IMG/VR virus record: IMGVR_UViG_3300029928_000009
Span: 1 to 64,000 of that record
Reading direction: 5' to 3' (one strand)
Origin: a virus
Lineage: Duplodnaviria > Caudoviricetes
DNA length: 64,000 bases
Each line of letters begins with the position of its first letter. The stretch's first letter is position 1. The notes under the pieces were generated by a model. That model had not been told where the DNA came from, did no database searches, and saw only the letters and a program-made list of their open reading frames with translations. Positions 17,987 through 26,568 of the stretch are shown in pieces. The translations under genes were made by a program, and so were the position numbers.

Positions 17987-19147
17987 TTATGCTACCTCCT
18001 TTCTTTTCTTTGTCAGTTGTCTTACTTTGTACATATTCTTGTTCATAAGCTGTACTATCTCGTTGTGATATGCGCTCGGGTCGTTCATGAACCCTCGACA
18101 CTGCACTATCGAGAAGTTCTTTAGATTGAGTTCTATTGTTTCCATGTGCTTGCCGTTCACCTGTGCTGACAGGATTAAACAGTCTGGCTTCTTATAGTAA
18201 CCCATATCGAACACACAGTGGTGCATCATCTTGCCCTCGGCTCTGAACTCTTCTATTGACTTCAACGGCTGAATGGTAACCGTTCCGTCTGTTATGATAA
18301 GGCTTAAGAATTTCTTGATGAACTCATTGAAGTGCTTCTTTGCCTTTTTGTCGCTCATCGCTCTCATCTCCTCTCTTCTCCTCTCTTCTTCGGCTCTCTG
18401 TCGGTTAAGTCTGCGAGTATACAGATTGTGGGCGGTCTGCAAGTTCTGTGGGCAAACATAGATAGGGTTATGGATGTCTAAGTTAAGACGTCTTGCCATA
18501 GAGACGGTGTCAGACCATAAATTGTAATCTAAATCTTCGGTCAAATATCCGTGTTTCCATGCGAGCTTTACAATATCCTGGTCTTTGATATGGTTGAGCA
18601 AGAGAAGTTCGGCTATCCTCGGTTTCTGTTTCAGTATTGTTTCTAAGAATGGGAACTTGTCTACGTTCATATCGTCTGTCAACCATAGATACCCTTTGCC
18701 TATCATGTAGTACTGGTTCTCTTTGTAGTTACAGATTACTCTCTTTGCTTTTTTGGAACGGACAAAGAGTTTAGAGTAACCAATATCGGTAAGCCTGTTA
18801 TAACAGTAGTTTCTGTTGTTCTGTCTTATCTTCATGGGACTGTCAGTTAGGAACGTGTCGTAATAATGCCCCATAGAGAAACGCTGCTTCGCCCTTACTG
18901 CATTGCCGTGCTCGCTCATATAGACTTGCATGAATTCTTGACAAACATTCTCTATCCTCTTGTGCTTGATATACTTGAAATATCTTACAACTGAATAGTC
19001 TTTCACTTGCTCCAACACCGCATAATATCTTGTGCGGTTGTACTCCTCGGTTGCTTGATAGAACTTGTCAAGCAGATATTGCGGTAATGGTCTTAATCTC
19101 TTGGATAATTCCTCTACCTCTTTTTGTATCTTGGTCTGCGGTTTCAT
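17987..19147 (-). CDS. PcfJ-like domain protein
   Basis: C-terminal IQPLKSIEEF..EGKMMHHCV....Y....LILSA...METIEL.L..F.IVQCRG..N. Confidence 0.85.
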   Translation of the reverse strand: MKPQTKIQKEVEELSKRLRPLPQYLLDKFYQATEEYNRTRYYAVLEQVKDYSVVRYFKYIKHKRIENVCQEFMQVYMSEHGNAVRAKQRFSMGHYYDTFLTDSPMKIRQNNRNYCYNRLTDIGYSKLFVRSKKAKRVICNYKENQYYMIGKGYLWLTDDMNVDKFPFLETILKQKPRIAELLLLNHIKDQDIVKLAWKHGYLTEDLDYNLWSDTVSMARRLNLDIHNPIYVCPQNLQTAHNLYTRRLNRQRAEEERRREEMRAMSDKKAKKHFNEFIKKFLSLIITDGTVTIQPLKSIEEFRAEGKMMHHCVFDMGYYKKPDCLILSAQVNGKHMETIELNLKNFSIVQCRGFMNDPSAYHNEIVQLMNKNMYKVRQLTKKRKEVA

Positions 19148-19148
19148 A

Positions 19149-19547
19149 TTAGAATAAACTTAGTTCTTGACACTTCGGGTTCTTACTCTCTTTCTTTGCC
19201 TTGCTGCCTTTCTTCCGTGGCGGTATAGGCATCTGTATTACCTTTGTCGGTTCGGTCTTTGGCTTGGTTACTGGCGGTGTTGTGGTTACGTTGCTCGGTA
19301 GTTCCTGTGCCTTGATACTGTCCTCTTGGTAATAGTGAATGATTTGTCCGGTCATTGTAGCATCACTCCAACCAACACAACGGCATGAGCCTTTCTGTTT
19401 CTCGGCTTCCTTGTATGCTTCGCTCTCTAAAAACTTGGCACATTCCTCTATTGATTTGTTCGGCTTGGATAATAAAGCCTTGAACTCGGGGTCTTTCTCG
19501 CTCTGCTGCTTAATCAGCATTTCAATATATGATTTTAAGTCATTCAT
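19149..19547 (-). CDS. PcfK-like / AcrIIA9-family protein
   Basis: DPEF......PNKSIEEC..F...EA......SD......IIHYY.EDSI...QLSLF-type tail; adjacent to PcfJ. Confidence 0.75.
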   Translation of the reverse strand: MNDLKSYIEMLIKQQSEKDPEFKALLSKPNKSIEECAKFLESEAYKEAEKQKGSCRCVGWSDATMTGQIIHYYQEDSIKAQELPSNVTTTPPVTKPKTEPTKVIQMPIPPRKKGSKAKKESKNPKCQELSLF

Positions 19548-19551
19548 GATG

Positions 19552-19920
19552 TTATGCTTTAAAGTTGAAAATGTTTAATCTCTCTATTTTTGCGGTTAAG
19601 ATTTTATCTTTAATCTCGCTCCAGTGCTTGACAAGCTGCTCAATTAGGTAGAATGGGAGTTGTATCTTCCTAATGTTGTATTTCAACGTGGATTTTTTAA
19701 GTCCTTGTGTAAAATAAATCCTGTACACGGAATAGTTCCCTCTCTCGTCTCGATAGTCTATCGTGGCATCACCTTGGTTAAGGTCTAAAAAGGCTTTGCC
19801 GTGTTCGGTCGGTATCGTGTACTCTCCTGTATCACCTTTGCAGTTTTCTAAAACCCACTGTCGGATGTCGTTCCAACAGTGGATTAACTGGTTATTTTTT
19901 TCAACGTCTGCTCTTATCAT
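19552..19920 (-). CDS. Hypothetical protein, 122 aa
   Basis: Coupled ORF in operon. Confidence 0.65.
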   Translation of the reverse strand: MIRADVEKNNQLIHCWNDIRQWVLENCKGDTGEYTIPTEHGKAFLDLNQGDATIDYRDERGNYSVYRIYFTQGLKKSTLKYNIRKIQLPFYLIEQLVKHWSEIKDKILTAKIERLNIFNFKA

Positions 19921-20180
19921 AACTGTGATAATGGTTGCTCTTGTTCTCTTTTTAGATGTGCCCTGTACTCTTTGGCTGCTTCCTCCTCTGTGTCGTAACA
20001 GTCTGCGGTCTGCAAGATATGGTCGCCTGTTACGTCTGTTACAAACACTTGATAATAATACTCCACCCCCTCGTTTATCTTGACAAGAAAAACGTAATGT
20101 GCATCGTATAGACTTTCGCCTTTTCTGATGATTTCGTACTGTCGGATAGCGTTTTCGAAGATTTCTTTTAATGTAGTCAT
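19917..20180 (-). CDS. Hypothetical protein, 87 aa
   Basis: Coupled ORF in operon. Confidence 0.65.
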   Translation of the reverse strand: MTTLKEIFENAIRQYEIIRKGESLYDAHYVFLVKINEGVEYYYQVFVTDVTGDHILQTADCYDTEEEAAKEYRAHLKREQEQPLSQL

Positions 20181-20479
20181 GATTTCTTTAATTTAAGTTC
20201 TTTATTAATTATTTCTTTAATCTCTTTGTTCATGTACTGACGGTAGCCTTTGCCGTTCTTGCTGACTTTCCAAATGTAGCAAGTTCCTGTTTTCCTGTTG
20301 ACTACTATTGGATAGGTCTTGCCGTTACTCTCGTACTTGTAATTAGTAACAAGCGTATCTCTCACGGCTGCTCGCTTTGTCTGCGCAAAGGTGTTGCCCT
20401 TTCTTGTTGTCTGCCCCTGTGCGCATATCGCACACAATAGGACGAATGATAATAATTTAATCTTCATATTTATCTGCAT
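20177..20479 (-). CDS. Small secreted protein
   Basis: Signal-like KIKLLSFVLLCAICAQG. Confidence 0.6.
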   Translation of the reverse strand: MQINMKIKLLSFVLLCAICAQGQTTRKGNTFAQTKRAAVRDTLVTNYKYESNGKTYPIVVNRKTGTCYIWKVSKNGKGYRQYMNKEIKEIINKELKLKKS

Positions 20480-20642
20480 TAAAATCTGTTGTTATATAGT
20501 CGTCCGATGTAAGTATATACTTCTCCTCGGGGTGCTTAGAGTAATAGTTGTCCTCTACGGTGTCTATTGCTTCTTGCACGTTGTCTGCATCTACAATTAT
20601 TTCCTTTTGCAGATATTCAGTGATTGTTACTTTGTATTTCAT
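20457..20642 (-). CDS. DpnD/PcfM-family protein
   Basis: KYKVTITEYLQKEIIVDADN..EAID.VE..Y......LTSDDY pattern. Confidence 0.75.
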   Translation of the reverse strand: MKYKVTITEYLQKEIIVDADNVQEAIDTVEDNYYSKHPEEKYILTSDDYITTDFNADKYED

Positions 20643-20646
20643 GTTC

Positions 20647-20850
20647 CTAAATATTACCTGTTAATACTCTCTTTAATTCTTTCTTAGCGTCCTCGGCATA
20701 AGCTCGGCACTGGTTGGATAATTCTGTATATCCTTTTCTGTCGTTCTCTCGCTCCATGCGCCTGAACGCTGCTACCCACAAGACAAAGTGTTTGATGTGC
20801 TCGTCTCGGGTTTTCCAATACCCTTTGTTCTTTTCTTCTAATAGTTTCAT
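20647..20850 (-). CDS. Hypothetical protein, 67 aa
   Basis: ORF in operon. Confidence 0.6.
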   Translation of the reverse strand: MKLLEEKNKGYWKTRDEHIKHFVLWVAAFRRMERENDRKGYTELSNQCRAYAEDAKKELKRVLTGNI

Positions 20851-20855
20851 ATTCT

Positions 20856-21029
20856 TCAGTTTAAAACAACATAATCTTCTTTTGCGACTGCTATAAAGGT
20901 GTAACCGCCTTTATAGAATTGTGTCATGCCCCCACACTCTGTTGTACGGTTGTCAACAAAGTGCTCACTCCACGTGTCTACGCACGTGTATCGGTCTATA
21001 AATTGCCTGTTTCTGATTTTGATTTTCAT
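20856..21029 (-). CDS. Small hypothetical protein, 57 aa (below cutoff)
   Basis: Hand-translated MKIKIRNRQFIDRYTCVDTW...VVLN*. Confidence 0.5.
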   Translation of the reverse strand: MKIKIRNRQFIDRYTCVDTWSEHFVDNRTTECGGMTQFYKGGYTFIAVAKEDYVVLN

Positions 21030-21107
21030 ATCTTTTGAGTTTAAATTAATACTTGTGCCGTTGTCGGTGTCGCTCCGAAATAGTTTCTATCCTCAACGGC
21101 TGCGCTT

Positions 21108-21356
21108 TCACCTGTATAGAGTAACAATATTGTCGGTTATTACTCGCTTGGTACTCGGGTTAATCATATCGACTTTTAAATCCAACATTTTGGATATTAC
21201 ATTATAGTTCCCTCCGTCTTTTGCCTTGAAGTAGGCGAAATTGTCGGTGATGAACAATACTGCTGACTCTCCTCCGATATTCCCTGTGATGTCATTTAAC
21301 CGCTCCTGTGCCGTCCCTCGGTCAAACAGTCTCTTTAATTCATTCTTTGTTATCAT
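21108..21356 (-). CDS. Hypothetical protein, 82 aa
   Basis: ORF in operon. Confidence 0.6.
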   Translation of the reverse strand: MITKNELKRLFDRGTAQERLNDITGNIGGESAVLFITDNFAYFKAKDGGNYNVISKMLDLKVDMINPSTKRVITDNIVTLYR

Positions 21357-21498
21357 GTTTCACTATATTTTCAATATTAATAATATGTTTTGCTATCTCG
21401 TCAATGCATACAAGCATAAGTGTTGAAAGTGGCTGCTTAATCATTACCTCCATAACACTTGTTATACGCTCGATTTCTTTCAGTATCTCTTTATCCAT
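21340..21498 (-). CDS. Small hypothetical protein, 52 aa (below cutoff)
   Basis: Hand-translated MDKEILKEIERITSVMEVM...DNKE*, overlapping both neighbours. Confidence 0.5.
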   Translation of the reverse strand: MDKEILKEIERITSVMEVMIKQPLSTLMLVCIDEIAKHIINIENIVKHDNKE

Positions 21499-21745
21499 AT
21501 AATATTATTCTTTCTCCGTTGTTTTCCTGTGTCATATCTTCGCTCAACTCCTTCTTGCGCTCTTTGATGATGCTCGCTACCGTGTTGTAAACGACTGGGT
21601 AGAAAGGTGTAATGACAATTATATTATTGCTCCAGCGTACAAAACACGGTGTACCTCCAATATATCCCAGATAGGGGAATTCTTGGATTACCGATTTTTC
21701 TATATATTGTTCATCGAACAACTTTGCAACATGCTCTTTTATCAT
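21491..21745 (-). CDS. Hypothetical protein, 84 aa
   Basis: ORF in operon. Confidence 0.55.
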   Translation of the reverse strand: MIKEHVAKLFDEQYIEKSVIQEFPYLGYIGGTPCFVRWSNNIIVITPFYPVVYNTVASIIKERKKELSEDMTQENNGERIILYG

Positions 21746-22008
21746 TTTATATCCTCCTGTGTGATGTTATACACTTGCCCGTATGCGGTTTTGTAATATA
21801 CGGTGGTTAGTCGTGCCGTGTGGTCGGGTCTAACTACTACATTAATTCTATCTCTGTTGCACTTCAATAAGCGTCTGTCGTATTGACTGTAAAACGTTAT
21901 AAAGGCTTCTTTAAGCCTGTGCTCCGCTTCGGGTGTAAGTTCGCTAAACCCGCATGCCCTGTATAAGGCAACTACATTTTCTGATACTCTGTTCATAACT
22001 GTTTCCAA
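21742..22008 (-). CDS. Hypothetical protein, 88 aa
   Basis: Coupled ORF. Confidence 0.6.
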   Translation of the reverse strand: METVMNRVSENVVALYRACGFSELTPEAEHRLKEAFITFYSQYDRRLLKCNRDRINVVVRPDHTARLTTVYYKTAYGQVYNITQEDIK

Positions 22009-22304
22009 AATAATATGTTTATCGAATTGTTTTCTATCGCTTTGTATATCGATATGCCGTTGTCGTATTTAATCCTGTTGCTTATTTCATCGTATATCTT
22101 CTTAATATCGCTTTTTAGAACTGGTTTGATACGTACTCTATTGCAGTCTATATACAGGTGAATAAGATTGTCGTCAACGGCTGCAACATATTTGTTATAC
22201 ACTCTGCTCTTTAGATAGTCTTCTTCGTCGAACAAGTACTTTATTTGCTCGATTGTAACGAAAAGCGGTTCAACCGCTCTTGTTATCTGTTCATCTCTGT
22301 TCAT
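21993..22304 (-). CDS. Hypothetical protein, 103 aa
   Basis: Coupled ORF. Confidence 0.6.
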   Translation of the reverse strand: MNRDEQITRAVEPLFVTIEQIKYLFDEEDYLKSRVYNKYVAAVDDNLIHLYIDCNRVRIKPVLKSDIKKIYDEISNRIKYDNGISIYKAIENNSINILFWKQL

Positions 22305-22554
22305 TTTTAATCTCCTTTATTTTTTTTAATAGTCCGTCTTCAGTATATTTCTCAACAGTAATCACCGATATATCGTGGTCTTTAAGAGTACAAGCGTAAT
22401 TGATTGCGTCTTCGTCTGTTGCTCCGAAAATCGGTTCGCTACGACTGCACTCATCTTTATATAAACGGTTTACTCTGTGTGTAACGTCTATTGTTGATTC
22501 AAATATCTCTTCACTGGTTAAATCTTGTTGTCTTTTCATCTCTCTACCTCCCAA
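22291..22554 (-). CDS. Hypothetical protein, 87 aa
   Basis: Coupled ORF. Confidence 0.55.
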   Translation of the reverse strand: MGGREMKRQQDLTSEEIFESTIDVTHRVNRLYKDECSRSEPIFGATDEDAINYACTLKDHDISVITVEKYTEDGLLKKIKEIKNEQR

Positions 22555-22889
22555 TATGTTTTAATGATTATACTATATTTTGCGCCTAAAACATCAAAGG
22601 TGGTAACGTCTGTTTTCAAGTCGTCGGTGTTTTCTTCCATATCTCTGCACCACTCCTGTACTCTTAAAATAGTTTCTTTCTTTGAGCATATAATGTTCGT
22701 TACATTGCTCCGTGTGTGTGCAAAGATGCTAACCTTTGTGTCCACTCCGATGCGTCCTGTAAAGTACATTGTACCTTTCTTCTCTTCGTAAGAGTATTGT
22801 TCGTCAAGCACTTCATCTACTGCGTCAATAGATAGATTACTCTCGTCCCACTTGGCTGGGATTAACTTTGTTTTCGTTAGTGTTATCAT
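22536..22889 (-). CDS. Hypothetical acidic protein, 117 aa
   Basis: Coupled ORF. Confidence 0.6.
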   Translation of the reverse strand: MITLTKTKLIPAKWDESNLSIDAVDEVLDEQYSYEEKKGTMYFTGRIGVDTKVSIFAHTRSNVTNIICSKKETILRVQEWCRDMEENTDDLKTDVTTFDVLGAKYSIIIKTYWEVER

Positions 22890-22910
22890 TGTCTCCTATA
22901 ATTTAATTCA

Positions 22911-23069
22911 TCACTTGTTGTATACTGTTATAAACCGTCTTACTCCGTTAAATACTTTTGATGCAACGAAACGTTGCTCTTCCATCCACTCTACTTCGAA
23001 ACCATCGTCTTTGTAGAGCTCCGCATAGCGATTAAGCCACGCTTTATTAATTGCTTGTTGATATACCAT
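22911..23069 (-). CDS. Small hypothetical protein, 52 aa (below cutoff)
   Basis: Hand-translated MVYQQAINKAWLNRYAELYKDDGF...VYNK* after an AT-rich leader. Confidence 0.55.
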   Translation of the reverse strand: MVYQQAINKAWLNRYAELYKDDGFEVEWMEEQRFVASKVFNGVRRFITVYNK

Positions 23070-23096
23070 ATCTTTAATTTTTTTGATTAAACTTGT

Positions 23097-23481
23097 GCGG
23101 TCTGTGGTCTTGATCCACTTGTGCGCCTATTCGCTGACCGCTGCACGGTGTACGTTGTGCGCCCTACGTCTGCAAGCGTTATGCAGTCTTGCTTTTGCAG
23201 TTAAGCTCCGCATATAGAGCTGCTGTCTTATCAGATGCAAAGCTGACGTGTGATTTTCCGACTTCACCACGTTTTGTCGGTGTAGGTAATCCGCCTACGC
23301 TCGGTTGATTACGTTTTCTCGGTTCCCTATTATGGGAGTTGGCTCTCGATTTCCGCTTTCAGTCGTTTTTTAAAGTGGTCGGCTCAAAGGTAACTTCTAA
23401 CCGCAAATCACTTCCACTATCTTAGCTAAGTTTGTTCCGTGCCACGGCTTGAACGTGGTGTGAGCCTTGAACTCTCACGGA
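23097..23481 (-). ncRNA. Structured non-coding region bounded by two minimal tRNA-like (T-loop) elements
   Basis: Three-way junctions at 23097-23141 and 23436-23481; at least 5 further hairpins in between; no ORF of 60 aa or more. Confidence 0.5.
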
Positions 23482-23487
23482 TAATTG

Positions 23488-23817
23488 TTATCTCCTCTTT
23501 GCTTTAAAATCCATATACCACGTGTCTAAATCTTCCTCCACTGGTGTAAAAATTACATCAGTCTTGACGTATCGATTTTCGTTTTTGATAATAAGACTCT
23601 TAGCCATATCAAAACAGTACTTACCGTCAAAAAGACTATCTGTTGTCTGATGGTTGCCGTAATAGACGGTAAAGCTTGTTAGTGCCTTATCAACATTAAA
23701 TACTTTGCGCTCTGCTACTGCAAGTATACCATAAAAAGAGTTGTGGAAAATGTACTGTGCGCCTGTAAAGATTACATTAATCTCGCTTCCGTGTCTTCTA
23801 ATTTTAGTTATTTCCAT
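23488..23817 (-). CDS. Hypothetical protein, 109 aa
   Basis: ORF with AT-rich leader. Confidence 0.65.
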   Translation of the reverse strand: MEITKIRRHGSEINVIFTGAQYIFHNSFYGILAVAERKVFNVDKALTSFTVYYGNHQTTDSLFDGKYCFDMAKSLIIKNENRYVKTDVIFTPVEEDLDTWYMDFKAKRR

Positions 23818-23900
23818 ATCTTTATAATTTTAAGTTGTTATTAATTGTAGGTAGAGTAGACGTTGCATCTACTCCGAACGGCTTAGATACCGTATCTACC

Positions 23901-24089
23901 TTACTTGTTTATTCCTCTTGTTTCCGTTATTCTCACCTGTGCACCGTTAAGGCGGTATTCTCTTGCATCTCGCTTTACATCTTGATAGGTGCTTTCTGTT
24001 TTGTCGTAAGTGCACTCTATTTCCCAACCGTAACCGTAGTTAGTCCACAAGTTCCAACCGTACCAATATTTATTTTTTTTCATTTTCAT
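23901..24089 (-). CDS. Hypothetical protein, 62 aa
   Basis: Aromatic-rich ORF (YWYGWNLWTNYGYGWE). Confidence 0.6.
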   Translation of the reverse strand: MKMKKNKYWYGWNLWTNYGYGWEIECTYDKTESTYQDVKRDAREYRLNGAQVRITETRGINK

Positions 24090-24171
24090 TCCTCCGTAAA
24101 TTGTTTATAATGTTTGCCTACATAAATACCTATAAGGTATGCTATCAAACTTGATGCTAATAGTAAGTATA

Positions 24172-24396
24172 TCATTTGTTCACCCTCCCTTTAGTTTTAG
24201 GGTAAGTAGCATCGATAAGTCTGCACACGTGGTCGCTACCGTCATATCTTTCAAGTGTTCCGTCCTCTTCCATATCGTACAAGAGTGTGCGGATGTCATT
24301 CTTCAAGTTGTGGTTTTCACGTGCTAACCTGTTCATATTAGCACAACTTGCTACCAATAGAGTAGCGCATACAATTAATAAGATGTTCTTTTTCAT
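24172..24396 (-). CDS. Small lipoprotein
   Basis: MKKNILLIVCATLLVASC lipobox; first gene after leftward promoter TATCTTTG at about 24433-24440. Confidence 0.65.
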   Translation of the reverse strand: MKKNILLIVCATLLVASCANMNRLARENHNLKNDIRTLLYDMEEDGTLERYDGSDHVCRLIDATYPKTKGRVNK

Positions 24397-24619
24397 ATTC
24401 TTTTGGTTTAATTGTTTATTGTTTTCGGTTGCAAAGATATGTAGATATTTCTAAAGTTCCAAACTTTTAATTTAGTTTCTTCTTCATTTAACATTAAATT
24501 AACGTTATGAAGTATTCTCTTAACATATCTTTATAAAATGTAGATAAAACTAAATATATTTGCGTCCTATATATATAATGTGTATCTTTGCAAGCAAAAT
24601 TAATTAAGACTATACTAAT

Positions 24620-24877
24620 ATGTACGATATAAAAAAAGCAATTAAGGCAAAAGGTTATACTCTCAAGCAAGTTAGCGAGAGACTTAACGTTACACAGTCC
24701 GCTCTTTCTCAACAAATCAACAACAATACTATATCAGTCGCAAAGGTGCAAGAGATTGCAGATATACTCTCCTGTCCTCTCACTGACTTACTGGCGGATG
24801 CTGACGATACATCAATTACTCTCACGTGTCCTCACTGCAAGCGTACAATACACTTGCAAGTGATTAATCAAGACTAA
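24620..24877 (+). CDS. XRE HTH regulator with CPHC zinc ribbon
   Basis: IKAKGYTLKQVSERLNVTQSALSQQIN; TCPHCK; TATCTTTG promoter at about 24583. Confidence 0.85.
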   Translation: MYDIKKAIKAKGYTLKQVSERLNVTQSALSQQINNNTISVAKVQEIADILSCPLTDLLADADDTSITLTCPHCKRTIHLQVINQD

Positions 24878-25334
24878 TTATATACCTTTATTATAATGTA
24901 GTGTAACACTTCTTTGCCTTAAAGTGTTCTAAACTTCTTTGCGAGTAACGATTTTCTCGGGTGAGTATATCCTAAAAGTCGTTTTTTCAAGTGCTGCAAA
25001 TGTTACAGTGCTTGATTTTTCGTGTCCTGTTAATTAATCCATACTTCATTTTTATCAACTAAAAGTGCCGTTAAAGGTAAAATTTAGTTAATTTTGCCAA
25101 TAGTTACCAAAAGAGAGTGTTAGGATTTGGGGCGCAACGACAAGATTTTTGCGCAAATGTTACACTTCTTTTTTGCGCTCAAAAACCGCTTTTCAGCGCA
25201 AACGGAAATACTTTAATCGTTTTCTTTTAACTTCGCCACGTACCCCAGTGTGTGCGTGCGTTCCTTGACTTCATTCCTCTCTCCTGTTCTTTCAATGTCG
25301 ATGGCGATGTGGCAACTTCACTCCAAATCACGGC

Positions 25335-25432
25335 AAATAAATACGAATTAAATACATCTTGATACGTGGATATGCGTAATGTGGTGCGTATCAGCGTGTT
25401 GCAAAAGAGGGTTCGAATCCATACAGGAGTGC
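25335..25432 (+). other. Second att-like site (arm repeat plus tRNA-T-arm-like core)
   Basis: 22-bp copy of the attP arm motif at 25335-25356; GAGGG-TTCGAAT-CC at 25407-25420. Confidence 0.5.
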
Positions 25433-25637
25433 AACCCCACAGGATGCACCTATTATATATAGGAGATGCCAAGATGATTTTTCTTCCTTTTCTCGCTGAT
25501 GTGAGAGTACCCACGAGGTAGCAAGGAGAGGTTGCAGTGAGTTCCAATCGCATCTCCCACGTACCGTTTTCGAGGGTATGCGCAAGGCGAGGCAAAGCGA
25601 AATGCGACACACCACAATATGACACAAGCGACCCCAA

Positions 25638-25813
25638 GGGTGGGGGGGGGATAGGTACCTCGGACGCGGGTTCACTCGTAGTAATCACACGCACAAATAT
25701 CAATAGGGGGGGCTTAGGTACCCCACGCAAAGGTGGTCCATACTTCCGGGGAATGATACGAGCACACAGGCTATATGCCAGAAGAAATGTTGAGGGGGTG
25801 GGGTATTAGGTAC
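25638..25813 (+). repeat. Three G-tract + TAGGTAC motifs (candidate pac/terminal region)
   Basis: TAGGTAC at 25652, 25715 and 25807, each preceded by G-runs. Confidence 0.55.
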
Positions 25814-25890
25814 TGCGCTGATAGGAGGTAGGTGTTTATTTCCAAAATGGGAAGAGTTGTTGATATAGTTAATAATTAAATTTTAAGAAT

Positions 25891-26547
25891 ATGCGAGAGA
25901 TTAATATTAGAGATTTGAGTAATGTTCCTTATGGTTCAGTCCGTAAGGAATGGGTACAGATAGCGTTAGCGGCTGCGAGTGTTGCGAGTTCGTTGTTTGG
26001 TGGAGCAAAGAGTGCGAGTGCCGCAAAGAAAGCGGAGCAAGAGCAGAAGGCGAGGGAGAATGCAGAGAACGCATGGTATCAGCGTAGGTACAATGAGAAT
26101 TATGCGGACACGGCAGCAGGCAAGGCTATGATTAACGAGGCTAAGGAATATGCTCGAGAGAACTGGAAGAAGGCGAGTGGTGCAGCAGCGGTTACGGGAG
26201 GGACGGACGCAGCCACGGCGCAAGCTAAGGAAGCTGGCAATAAGATGGTGGCTGATACTGTAAGGAATATGGCAGCGCAAGACACGGCAAGGAAAGATTC
26301 CGTTGACGCTCAGCACATGAAGATGCAGGATAACTTTGCACAGGATAGAATAGCTTTGCAGCAGCAGAGGGCGGACAATATAGCCAACACTGCATCGGGA
26401 GTAAGTAACGGATTGATGAGTGCAGCTACTGCGATGGGAGGGAGTGGCAAGTCTAATTTGAAAGGTGGAAGTAATGGTGGTATTACCGAAGAAAATAAGC
26501 AGTGGTTTGCCAACCATAGAAATGACTTGTCCAAATTCAAGAAATGA
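25891..26547 (+). CDS. Putative ejection/DNA-transfer protein 1
   Basis: Ala/Gly-rich amphipathic N-terminus WVQIALAAASVASSLFGG, then Gln/Ala coiled coil; first gene of the late operon. Confidence 0.6.
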   Translation: MREINIRDLSNVPYGSVRKEWVQIALAAASVASSLFGGAKSASAAKKAEQEQKARENAENAWYQRRYNENYADTAAGKAMINEAKEYARENWKKASGAAAVTGGTDAATAQAKEAGNKMVADTVRNMAAQDTARKDSVDAQHMKMQDNFAQDRIALQQQRADNIANTASGVSNGLMSAATAMGGSGKSNLKGGSNGGITEENKQWFANHRNDLSKFKK

Positions 26548-26568
26548 TTACTTTAAAAGTAAAGGAAT

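Noticed and set aside
25227-25809. ORFs of 167, 94 and 90 aa in the G-tract region
   Set aside because: Mutually overlapping, atypical composition, crossing homopolymers; region treated as non-coding
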